A DNA stretch of 59,028 nucleotides, counting the filler, from Sphacelaria rigidula (Eukaryota): NCBI GenBank assembly GCA_964200075.2. It is 10 parts of 10 records of this genome, joined end to end, with 100 filler letters (N's around TTAATTAATTAA, not from the genome) between each part and the next. Parts side by side here need not be neighbours in the genome. Positions count along the whole stretch, not along the records: positions 11,827 to 17,639 come from CAXNAA020024260.1; positions 17,740 to 23,552 come from CAXNAA020024261.1; positions 23,653 to 29,465 come from CAXNAA020024262.1; 7 more parts are not named here. One strand, 5' to 3'. Under the pieces are notes generated by a model that worked only from the letters and a program-made list of their open reading frames with translations, made no database searches and was not told the DNA's origin. Every line of letters starts with the position of its first letter. Positions within the stretch are counted from its first letter, which is position 1. Shown piece by piece: positions 12,796 to 24,162 of this stretch. A program made the position numbers and the translations under genes.

Positions 12796-15307
12796 TGGGT
12801 TGAATAAAAAGGTGAGGGCGCCATGCTGACAACCACCGTTTCAACCCACATAGCGCCCTGAGCATCCCGCCCCACCGGACCTGTGGCTTCGACACCCACA
12901 TGTGGCATCAACAAAGCTTTACTCCAAGTTTCAGCATCATCAGACCCCAGGTGCGCTTTTTCTCGGCGCCTGATCCTCGAGTGAATAATAATGAAAAAAA
13001 TCGAAGAAACCTCAACGCTCAGATAGCCAAACGATTAATCCAGTTCCTCCTCAGTCACTACTGTACTATTGCTCAAGAGAAACTGTTGCCACGGATTCGA
13101 AGTTCAAGGAGTGTATGTTCGTGAACAGGGTGAAATGTAACTAGGCTTTTGTTTTTTATGCGCACACAAAATATCGCACAAAACCGGGTTTTGCGCATAA
13201 CCTTACGCGTTTTTTTCGAACATGTGTTTTTGGAGATTTCAGCATAAAAAAGGCATAAGAGCTAAACTATACGAATAACTTCGCGCATATAGTACTCCAA
13301 CAGGATTAGGCACCCCATACCCAGCAGCTAGTAGCTGCCCACGGGTGCTCCATGTGGCGTGGCTCGTCGAGTCGTGGTGTTTGTGTTCATAGTTTTTTTC
13401 TTTTCACTTTGTCATCGGTCTGATATTGGTTATAATGTTGTATGTAAACTAATTGTTAATGTGAAACTGATTTTTTTTTAAATGCCATATTTCACATCAG
13501 ACATTGGGACGATGGGTCCTCAGGTGACGAGTTTATTTTCATAGTACCAACACTAATTTCAAGTAATTTAATATAATTTTTTGACCAGCCCTTGTACGTT
13601 TTATAGTACATTCAATAGTACAAACTTGATATTGGTACAGTTTCCGTCACACACGGTTGTGCCGGTCTTCTGGTGCCCGCAGCCGCAGTACAGCACCGCG
13701 CGGAGGCGGGATGATGTCCAAGACGGCGACGATCTCACAAGCGGTGCTCTTTCTTTAGTAAACGGGCTAGTGTACCCAACGTTTGCTTCGAGTGTCGCCG
13801 TGCCCGTGGTATGGTTGTGGTGGCCGGGGTTGGTGCTGCAGTCTCCATTTGCGCTCAGGTTGCTGCTGCATCCTGCACGGCCTTGGATACCAGGCATGAT
13901 TCAAGATGGCTCCATCGTTGTCGTTGTGTGTTGTTTCACGTTGCTCGGATGGAACATAACGTGATAAAAAGACTATACACACATCAATTCTGCTGGCTCC
14001 CTTTTGTAGGCTGTCGTGCTGTTGTTCTGGGTGGCTCGCGTTGATCGATACCGTACAGACATGCATGACAAGCACGGTGCCAACTGGCTAGCCAGCGCTG
14101 GCGAATCTTCTTGCGATACAGATGAAGTCGGTATCGCGACAGAAAGTTGTTGCGGTACAACGCTAGAGACAACCAAGCACTCTACACACGGGACATCACA
14201 TGGCTAACGCTATAATGTATCTATTTTGTGTGTACGATCCCGTGTGCTAGAACGCCGCTTCATTTCGGACGTGTACGCTTCGCTCGCTTTGACTTGGTGC
14301 CCAGTTGGTGCTCATCAAAATATTATCCATGCTGACGGCACATCTTTTTTTGAGCTCTCCTCCTGCTTCTGTCCTGGGCTGGAGCAAACCAAGGGAGGAA
14401 AATGAAGTCCAGACAAGGTCCGGACAACACGTATCTCTGCGGCAGATAGGGTTTGAGTAACGTATCCAGCAAGGGGCCTTACGGACTGGAATACGTTATA
14501 CCCCCCCCCACCCCCCCACCCACCCCTACTCCCCCTACCCCGCCCAGAGGCGGTCCAGAATGAGTAAAATCGAAAAATGGTGTCCAGAATCCCATTACTT
14601 CCTGATTCTTCGCCAGGATACGGAATTGAACGGTACCTTCACCACCACGATGCTGGCCTGGACCCGAGCAGCGCAAAACCAAGGAGTTTGGGAATATCAC
14701 TTGTTCTAGCGGCCGCAGGGAAGAGAACTTTGTCGTTGGATGATGACTTTTCGGTGAAGGTGACCGCTGGAAAATGACTTTGAGGTAGATGGCATCGTAG
14801 TGAGGTCGCAATGCTGGGGAGGGCCGTGTACTCAAGACGTGGACCCGATGGTGTTCTGTTTGTCCATCAAGGAAAGTGTACCACGAGTTGCACGTGTTGC
14901 TAAGTGACACCGGAGGTATACACCACTACTGTAACTTGACTGTATCATTCCAACCGGCATAAAAATGTTCTGACAGTACTCTCATGGTATCAACCGATTG
15001 TAGATGATTCAAGGATGATTCCTACTGCCCGCGTAGGCAGTGCCCGCGTTCGGACAGCTGTGTCGAGGGGCAATCTCCAAAGGTCGGCATACCAACCGGC
15101 AACACAAGTAGAAGCGACAAATGAGAATCTCGAGCAGATGGTGTCGCTAAAGAAAGTAGTGACAAGTCACAGTTCTGTATTCTTCATTCATGCTGGCATA
15201 ATCTGTTCCAACAAATGCGGGTCTTACAACGAGCACGGCTACGTTTTCAGAACTTTTCACACGTTGGACAACTCAACTCAGGTTACCACGAGTTAACCAT
15301 TGTTGGC

Positions 15308-15790
15308 ATAACTCACTAGTGAGTTACAGCAGCATTACTCAGTTGTGGGCACTCTGGCCGGGAGAGTTATAACCTACAACTCACGTGTGCATATCTCGGA
15401 CAGGTGAGTTATAAAATATAACTCAGTCATGCGCATTCCAGCTGGGTGAGTTATAATCTATAACTCAGTTATGATCATTCCGGGCTGATGAGTTATAAAC
15501 TACAACTCAGTTGGGCACATTCTGGTTGGGTGAGTTATAAGCTATAACTCAGTTACGCACATTCTGGCCGGGTGAGTTATTAGAGATGATTCGTCGATGC
15601 ATACCTTGGGCAGGTGAGTTATAAACTATAACTCATCGGTGCATATCTTGGCCAGGTGAGTGATAGAGGATAAATCAGCGGTGCACATTCTGGCCAGGTG
15701 AGTGATAGAAGATGACGCTTCGATGCATATCTTCGACGGGGGAGCTATAGAAGATAAATTTGCGGTGCACATTTTGGCTGGGTGAATTAA
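15308..15790. repeat. 42-bp hairpin minisatellite, array 1 (about 11 units, decaying rightwards)
   Basis: Consensus TGAGTTATA-aac-TATAACTCA-gttat-gcacattctggccggg. Confidence 0.92.
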
Positions 15791-15876
15791 AGAATAAAAA
15801 ATCACAGAATAAAAAGAGTGAGCGGAGCTCCGTTATGTGTTCTGGGTTCTGAAACAACTCATTTTGTACACAGAGA

Positions 15877-16213
15877 TGCACGCGCGGTCATTTGGCTACC
15901 TCCAAAATTCCTCCAGGTGGGTAAACTTTTCGAGCCTCCAGAGGATAAAAACGCCTCCGGAGGGGTGCGTGGCACTCCAGAGGATATTTTTTGGTTTCCT
16001 CCAGAAGGATCAAAGGCCTCCGGAGACTTATTTTTGCCTCTGGAGGGCCGCGCATACCCCCAAATTCCTCCGGAGGGGTGCGCAGCCCTCCAGGTCGGTA
16101 GCGTTTGGTTTCCTCCAGAGGGGTTGAAGGCCTCAGGAGGCTTGTTTTGCCTCCGGAGGGCTGCACATATCTCCGGAGGCATTTTGGGGGGTAGCAAAAT
16201 GGCCGCGCGTGTG
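15877..16213. mobile_element. Innermost MITE-like element with TIRs of about 30 bp and clustered CCTCC(A/G)GAGG palindromes
   Basis: cacgcgcggtcatttggctacctccaaaa pairs with ttttggggggtagcaaaatggccgcgcgtgtg. Roughly ten cctccggagg-type motifs lie inside. No TSD found. Confidence 0.75.
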
Positions 16214-16604
16214 AACCCCTTACTTTTGTGTTCTGAGTTCTGATATAGCTCACCTCTACCCGTTAACTCATGCGACACAGCCAGGTCACTCAGGTTTTTG
16301 TTCCGAGTTCTGAGAAATTTTGTGTCCGGAGTTCGAAAATGACGTATCATGTTTACCCCTTAACTCATAACACGGCCACGTCACTTTCGTGTTCTGTATA
16401 CTCGAAAATTGTACATGTTTTCATATTACACCTGCGGCAGTAGTATCGATGTATGCGTATATACCACGAGGCCCTTCACGCTATCTCTACCAGCAGACGT
16501 GTCACGTGATCACGCGTTTCCTCTTACATGAGTGAGTTGTGTCGATCGCTGTTTTCCGCGTGTTGCCGGTCGGGTGACTTCATTCTTCATGACTCATTTC
16601 CGAA

Positions 16605-17150
16605 TAACTCATCCGTGAGTTATAGCAGCATCACTCAGTTATGCATATCTTGGTCAGGTGAGGTATAAAGAATAACTCAAATATGCACATTCTCGCCGGG
16701 TGAGTTATGAAGTATAATTCAGTTATGCACATTCTGGCCGGGTGAGCTATGAACTATAACTCAGTTGTGCACATTCTGACCGGGTGAGTTATAAACTATA
16801 ACTCAGTTATTCATATCTCGGGCAGGCGAGTTATAAACTATGACTTAGTTATGCGCATTCCGGCCGTGTGAGTTACAATCTATAACTCAGTTATGCACAT
16901 TCTGTGCTGGGTGAGTCATAATCCATAACTCAGTTGTGCACATTCTGGGCGGGTGAATTATAAACTATAACTCAGCGATGCAAAATTTGACCAGGTGAGT
17001 TATAATATATAACTCAATTATACGCATTCTGGCTGGGTGAGTTATAATCTATAACTCAGTTATGCACAGTCTGGCTATGAGAGTTATAAACTAAACTCAG
17101 TGGTGCACATTCTGGCCAGGTGAGTTGTAGAGCATAACTGAGTTAACTCA
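16605..17150. repeat. 42-bp hairpin minisatellite, array 2 (about 13 units)
   Basis: TGAG starts at 16701, 16743 and 16785 give a 42-bp period. Same consensus and orientation as array 1. Confidence 0.95.
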
Positions 17151-17739
17151 TGAGTTGTCCGACGTGTGGAACTTTTGACGGATTTATGTGTCGTGCCCCA
17201 TGCCGCCGAGTAGCATACACAATCCCACTACCAGCCGTACAACCGTAGCATACACAACTTATACACAAGCCTAGCACAAGCCCGGAGAAGCCGTTCATGC
17301 ATGTACTGCACAGTACCGTACCTACTATTGTCATTATCCATCTGATCAACGGGGGTACCCTCCCCTCCAGAATGAGGTATCCCTCACTCCCACACCCCCT
17401 TCCCCGTCCCCAAGAATGAGACTTTCGGGAGTCGGGGGCAGTGCATAACGTATTCCACTCTGTAAGGCCCCTTGTATCCAGCGAAAATCCCGACAAGAAT
17501 CATGGAAAACAACGAGAAAATCGATTATGCAAGTTCAATGATTCCTTGATGTCCCCTGCTTATGAGGCCGCTTCTCATAGACTGAAAAAAGTCTCCGAGA
17601 AAAGTCGTTTTGGTCAGTCTCCAGAGACTTTTTTTAGAGNNNNNNNNNNNNNNNNNNNNNNNNNNNNNNNNNNNNNNNNNNNNTTAATTAATTAANNNNN
17701 NNNNNNNNNNNNNNNNNNNNNNNNNNNNNNNNNNNNNNN

Positions 17740-17922
17740 ACACCACCTAATGCGCACCCTGCGCCTGAAAACAGACTAGATGAAACTTTCGGTCTTCGTC
17801 ATAACCCTGCAGTTACATACGCGAATTTTCAGCAACACTTCACTGTTCCGTTTAGACGCCAGACACGTCGTTCCTGACCAGCCTCATTGGTCATTCTGGA
17901 GGCCCGGTCCCAAAAGGGTTAA
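17740..17922 (-). mobile_element. Terminus of a piggyBac-like element, truncated by the contig start
   Basis: Ends ..ggtcccaaaaGGG-TTAA. About 180 bp is the reverse complement of 18940-19115. Confidence 0.75.
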
Positions 17923-18224
17923 CAGGGCATGAAAAAAAATCGTGTGCTGGGTCTCAAGGTCTTTTTTATTCATGAGTTGAGGGCAATAGTCAGTTTTTAG
18001 GTTTTAGTAAAACGCCTTTCAATCACCGAAAAAAAAACATTGGGACCCGGCACAAAAAAAATGGCATGCCCAGTTCATTGTCCATATTAATTTTTACTGT
18101 CAAGCTCTGAGTAGAAATTGCGAATTCCCCTGCAAACTACAAATCCGCTTCTGGGCTAGCCCAGGTCTCATAGCGTATGGAGAATCCTGGGATTTGTATA
18201 CCCCAGGCCATCATTTAGCTTGCG

Positions 18225-18815
18225 TGCAGATGGTGGTGGTGGTCATCATTTGCACCTTGAGCTTGTCCCACCTGCGGTAAAGTAACACGCCAATAACCCC
18301 GTCGCGGTACAGGATAGATAAGATGGCAACACACACACAGGAGCTACTGGTATAATAGGGATCGAAATGACAGGCGTATCGCCCCTTACTTCATTCGACC
18401 GTCCGCTTGGTACAGCAGTAGTGTCGCAAGTGCTGCAGTGTGTGCAGCAGACGGTTTGTGCCATACCGCACACAACAAACTCACGTCACAGTTGGTAGCG
18501 CGGTAGCAACCGTTTCAGCACATAGAATACTACAGGGTTCGCAATCGGTGGCGGGCACGATGTGCATGAAACGATATGAGCAGTCGACACAGCTAGCAGG
18601 GGCGACATGGTGCCATTTTATAGCAGTGACGCTGCCGGCGAAAAAGCACTGGACTGTCTGTCCTGTCTGTCCCTGGCCCTACCGTCATGAAGAGGATGCA
18701 CGGAGTGCTGCAGCAGCTCTGATGTTGCCACGGTACTGTACATACAACATGCACAGCTATCTTTGCACTGAATGCACTACACTTGTATGCGAGGAGTGTG
18801 TGATGGAATATCAAG
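18225..18815 (+). pseudogene. Possible piggyBac transposase 3' remnant (Trp cluster and C-terminal Cys-rich domain)
   Basis: A WWW stretch near 18230 and CPVC...CTECTTLVCEECVMEY resemble the piggyBac C-terminal Cys-rich domain, and TTAA-CCCT termini lie nearby. Confidence 0.45.
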
Positions 18816-18939
18816 TCTCAGACACAGAGAATGCTCTGGAAATCGTTGGCTTTTCTCAGAGAGATTTGGAAAAATCCCGCGGTCTGGGAAGTTTGTCCAG
18901 TTTCCAGAGACGTTTTCCATGTGAAAATGGCCCTATTAC

Positions 18940-19931
18940 CCCTTTCGGGACCGGGCCTCCAGAACGACCAATGAGGCTGGTCAGGAACGACGTGTCTGGC
19001 GTCTGCACAAAACAGTGGCGTGTTGCTGAAAATCCGCGGATGTAACCGCAGGGTTGTTATGACGAAGACCGAAAGTTTCATGTGTTTTCAGGTGCAGGGT
19101 GCGCATTAGGTGGTGTGCATCTGATGTAGCAAGCCGTATGAGTCGTGGTTGAGAGCTTCCAACAGGATGCGGCGACATATGGCTTTGGATGATGCTTTTG
19201 TCCTCATCACCTTGCTACACAGCCCTATGTGGTCGGGGTGAGCCGCCATTTTCCCCCTTTGTTGCATGCGGCAAATTCTCTTCGAAGGGTACCAGCGTTG
19301 TGGCGCGCATGCATACAACAGAATAGTACAGTACAGTGTAGTACGCCTCTCCGACTGAAGCAGCAATTGCCGCTTCATACTCCCTTGCACGCTCTCGGCA
19401 ATTCTCAGCTACCGAAATCAGCTGCCTATAAACAGCTTTGTCATCCCCATCTACTACATACATGTGGACTGCACACTGCAAGTCATCGGCAGAGGGATAC
19501 GCAGAATTCATTACGGTAGCTCCTTTCGTCTTTCCACAGCCCACCTGGATTTTGTGCCTCGTGAAAATGACCACATGGCGGCATGTACACTCCTTCCCGG
19601 TTTTTTCCGGTCCACCCCGTGTTAGTGTAAGTGACTACGTTTCAGTATAGAATTGGGACCAAAAAACACTCCGGAAAAACTCGGGAACGGTATACTGAGA
19701 GCAAGTAATGCCATAAAACCAATCTGCGATCACCCTGCACTTAGAAACCTGGGGAGGCTTCCTCCACACGACCTTCGCAGTGACATCACACTCGACATCA
19801 ATCCCCGCGCTGATCGTTCGGGTCTGGTGGATAAATTTCGCCTCGCCGTGAGTGGGTAGGTCGCTCGAAGACATATTTTTTTATTATTTCACTTAACACC
19901 CTGTGTTGGTGGAGGTCCGGTCCCAAAAGGG
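18940..19931. mobile_element. piggyBac-like non-autonomous element, about 1 kb
   Basis: TIR ccctttcgggaccgggcctcca / tggaggtccggtcccaaaaggg, flanked by degenerate TTAA sites (TTAC, TTCA). The sister end at 17918 keeps TTAA. Confidence 0.72.
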
Positions 19932-20019
19932 TTCAGGTCGCGTGTTGACTCAAGTCCCTGGAAACTGACCAAAACGACTTTTCTCAAGAGACGTTTTCTA
20001 GTCTAAAAGAAGCGAACTG

Positions 20020-20350
20020 AGAGATGCGCGCACAGCACACGCTTACAAAACGGTCAGCAACGACACGTTTTCGGTTGTTTTTGACACGCACGCGGCCGCC
20101 ATTCGTCCAATACAGAACGGATTTCCGCCACACACAGACTGCCGTGTGTAGCTTGAGAAGGGCTGGCAGTGAAACTAATGAGCGTGAGAGGTGGATGTCT
20201 GTGCGTGTTTTCGGGGCTGGATGGGTAGATGTTGTCTTGCCTTGTTGCGTCTTGCCTGCAGCACTACACAGAACTTAGACTAACGACTACTTCTAGACCC
20301 GCCTCTTCAATGAACCTGCGTGAAGATTTGGGGTCCAATCTGTACAAAAC
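20020..20350 (+). repeat. Dispersed repeat family, copy 3
   Basis: Colinear with 8650-8970 and 11885-12225. Confidence 0.85.
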
Positions 20351-23290
20351 TGCTTCACGATAGGGCTCAGGACTGGTCGTTGTGGGGCCAACCCCCTGTA
20401 GAAAGGGGATTATTGTGAAAGAGAGGATATTCCCTTCGATAAGAAGGGCCATGAGGTATTTGCATTTCTCTGGACAAAAGAGTGGCTTTACCTGGCTGTT
20501 GGAATGCGTGGAACATTCCTGGCATCTTATTTCTCACTTGGGAAGCTCAGGGGTATCTTCTTTCAGTGTTCCACTTTTTCTCTACACATGAGAGTTGCGT
20601 TTTATTTTCAAATCGGCCGAATGTTCCACTGACCATTCCTGTTGCAAGGCTACGTACTACGTGCTTTGGGTGTTACTTTCCCCGCCTGTAGGGCACTGCA
20701 TTTTTTCAGCCCCGCCCGAGAGAGAAAACACTGGTATGGTACGGCCGAAGTGGAATTTTGTGGTGTTGCCAGATATTGTCGACTATCTAGCTACCTACTG
20801 TACCTGGCCATATATTCCGCTCGCGTGCGGTACTCGTTAGTGCACGTGCATGCAATTATTCTTGTGTTCAGGGAGCTCTCCGAACCCATGGTTGGGGAAT
20901 TTTTGTACTGCACGATCTTGTTTCGAAATGAAAAGTGTAGAAACCCTCGAGTCCTCCAACCCCATGGTTGCGGACATACTGAATTGTACGGTCTTGTTTC
21001 GAAAATAAATAGCATAATTTGTGGTATTGCCACATAATGCTATCTAGCTACCTACCCAGCCGTATGTTTCGCAGAGCGGTGGTTCTGGTGTGTATTGGAC
21101 GGCGCCGGTCTGACAGAAATCACCGTGATTCATTCAATTTGTTAACCCTTCGACTGCGAACACCCCTCAGGTGCACCCAGATGGACTATGCCACAGTTTG
21201 GTCTCCTGAGCACGACCTGCTTCTCTTCCCAATATATATCGATGTTAGGCCTTTGAATGCTGAGGAAGAATGGTAGACGAGCAAACCTAGGAAAGTACCC
21301 AACTACGGAAATTGATTGGCAGGGTTATTGACGGTTTTGGTTGAAAACACACACAGCTCTTCGGCTCTGGTGGAATGAACAGGAGAAAATGGAGGGGAAT
21401 GGCACCCACAGTGGTTTCCGAGAGCGATTGAAATTGCTCCAATCGATAAAAAATGCCCGAGGGTCAGAGCCTGGTGGTGGGTAGCCGCAGGACCCCCGGG
21501 GACCGGTCAGGCCGTAAGGCGTTCAATACTGAGCGCAGATATGATGTTTGTATTGGAATGTAGAGCTGACGCCTAGCATCCCGATCTCCAAACTTTGAGT
21601 TCAAAACGTTCACTGGGATGAGCGGTGGCACTCGAAGAAACGATTCCAAACTGGTGACCGCGAAACAGTTACAAAACTCCCCTTGTTCAGCAAGGAACTA
21701 TCGCACTACAGTTGGAAGTCATAGTCCAGCGCGCAAACCGCCCTTCCCACGACCGCGAAGACAAGTAACAAACGGGAGCTCTTCGGTTTTTAGCTGCCCG
21801 CGCACAGGCGATCGCTGGGTAATGAAGGTGTTGTTCATTTGTACTTGCTGGTCGACAGACAGGAAATGACGTTTTTGCCGCAGCTTTTCCGCATTCTTGA
21901 CAGTCTGCGAGAGCGGGGTGCACGCATGATCTTGCATGCCGTAGTCACAACACCATTGACCTCGCATCCCTATAAAACCGGGACGAAGCACGCCGTGTTT
22001 ACGCCGGATCAGGCTGTTTCATGACTGGATAACATTAGCTGGAGAGACAATGAACGATACGTGTTATTCTGCAACACCGCGCTTTGCTCTCTGCTGTACC
22101 TGCACACTGACTGCATATACCACAAGAACAAGTCCTAGTCCACGACTGCAGTTCGTGCACCGACTCTGCTGTTCACCCCACGCCTCCACAACGACCAAGA
22201 CGGCACGTACGGACCGGACTGTTCGGCTAAAAGACTGAAAGCAACGACTTCATTCATCGATGGAAACAAGCTGGTTGCTGACGAGCTTGGGACTTTCCCA
22301 TGTTGTGGACGGGGATGACGAAGTCGAGGTTGCATGTATGTACACACCAGGATCATACAGAGAATAGCTACGAAGCCCACGGAAGCCACTTTTATTCGGG
22401 CGCATCATTGTCTATTGTCATAGCAGACGGCATCGGTCAATATTCACTGACGGTACAGTCCTGCCCTGAACTGTAGTAGTCTGCGGCCATCACACTGCTG
22501 CATGTGGGAACAAGAAGTGACGGGGTATAACACCCCCCTCCGTCGGTAATGACTTCCTCCAACCTCGTTGTCCTCAAGGAGACGGGTCTCACATAACTTC
22601 ATCAACTTTCTTCCATCAGGGAAAATAAATCAATTTTTTGATCGTCTCATATCCACGTGATATGGGCACGTACGTACCGAGCAGTGTATCGCATGCACGT
22701 GATAGTGTTCGCGCCCTGCTGGACTACCCGCACAAGAAGGAGCTTCAACTGGTCTCACCTCTGTACGTAACGAGTCCAGATGGGCTGACGACGCGAATTT
22801 CCCTTGATCTCGCAAGAGGTTCCACGACAGTACTCCTATAGTATCTCTCCTCTACAGTCCCCACCCCCTTTTTCTGCGCTTCAGCTTGGCGATTTTTCGA
22901 GTGATTCAGATGCTCAGTCATGCTGGATCTACGAAAAACAGGGGATCGGGGTGACGTACGAGTACTGGCAGTCAAGTGTGCAGCAAATGTGGTACAGTAC
23001 GGAAAACGGGGTGCACGCCTTGCCCCTACCTTGACCATTCTCATCAGCTCCCCTCTACTTCACCACTCTCCCAAGTTACAGTATCATTTGGAAGTCCTCT
23101 AAGAAAATATTCAAAACCATTACCCTGTGCCTGAGGCAAGGAATACACTAGTGATGAATCGATTGGGCAAGTACGGCTGGGAACGATGGTAACGCTTCGT
23201 CTTCTGCAGACATGATGAATAGGGCTGTGAAGTGACTGCTCTGGCCAGTCAAGTTTAAACTGGCCGCTGGCGCGGGCAGTACATCGGCTG

Positions 23291-23324
23291 TTTTCCAGTT
23301 AATCGGCGCCGATTAACTGGAAAA
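23291..23324. repeat. Perfect 34-bp palindrome within a hairpin cluster
   Basis: ttttccagttaatcggc|gccgattaactggaaaa, with ggccagt..aactggcc and ggcggcga-cgct-tcgccgcc nearby. Confidence 0.9.
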
Positions 23325-23676
23325 ACAATCGGCGGCGACGCTTCGCCGCCAACAGCCACGCCCGGCTGGTGAGGGGGGGCCGCGAGAGCGCCGCCGGAGG
23401 CGTGAGAAATTGCGATATTTGGCTTGTTTTTCCTTCAAAAATGTGGAAAACTATAGGGAATGTGAGCCCTCACATTGAAACAGCGGATCATCTATGTTGA
23501 GGATGAAACACAGTCGGAAAAACTTCGCGCAACAGCAAAAACATTTTCTCCGNNNNNNNNNNNNNNNNNNNNNNNNNNNNNNNNNNNNNNNNNNNNTTAA
23601 TTAATTAANNNNNNNNNNNNNNNNNNNNNNNNNNNNNNNNNNNNNNNNNNNNAAAGGAAGGAACCCCAGGAGCCCC

Positions 23677-23735
<59 letters not shown>

Positions 23736-24162
23736 TCGAATCAATCACAATATGTGTTTTGTTGCTTGATTTGGGTCGAGGAATCGAAGAAATAGTTGTT
23801 CATGCCTGAGCAATATATGCATGCATGCATCCAGCAATGATATATTGACCGAAAGCTGTGTGTGTAAAATCAAGATTGATACAAACCCGCTTTGGCTTCA
23901 CCCATCTCCGAAATCGAGCTCATTTATTCATCCTTCGAGGGTAAGTGTTGTTAACGGGCATGAGGTTGACCATGACGCTGAGAAAAATGCGTCGACTAGA
24001 GTGCTAAAAAATGAAGAAGAAATGACTTTTTCTGTCCTGTGCTGTTTACTGCGGTGTACAAAATATCTATGTATCATCATCATCATTATTATTATTATTA
24101 CTATTAATATCATTATTATCATTATTATCCCATTTATTATTGGCGTCATGTCACCCCGCTCC

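Larger units (their letters stand above)
15258..17168. mobile_element. Non-autonomous DNA transposon with CACACG termini and an 8-bp TSD (hAT- or P-like)
   Basis: 18-bp TIR cacacgttggacaactca / tgagttgtccgacgtgtg (17 of 18 match) and a perfect TSD gaactttt at 15250-15257 and 17169-17176. Confidence 0.9.
14471..17473. mobile_element. Mutator/MULE-like non-autonomous DNA transposon (outer element of the nest)
   Basis: TIRs of about 30 bp (aaggggccttacggactggaatacgttat / ataacgtattccactctgtaaggcccctt) are flanked by a perfect 9-bp TSD gtatccagc at 14462-14470 and 17474-17482. Superfamily inferred from TSD length only. Confidence 0.85.

Noticed and set aside
15818..16350. ORFs with repeated PPEG or PSGG peptides
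   Set aside because: They are by-products of the CCTCCGGAGG palindromes and are open on both strands.
15308..17150. CRISPR-like or guide-RNA-like array (palindromic repeat plus spacer)
   Set aside because: The intervening 21-bp segments are variants of one another rather than unique spacers. No cas-like or effector gene is present, and the arrays sit inside a TIR- and TSD-bounded transposon.
21860..23030. Exon-like coding segments in contig 4
   Set aside because: They contain stops, give no consistent splice model and match no domain I recognise.
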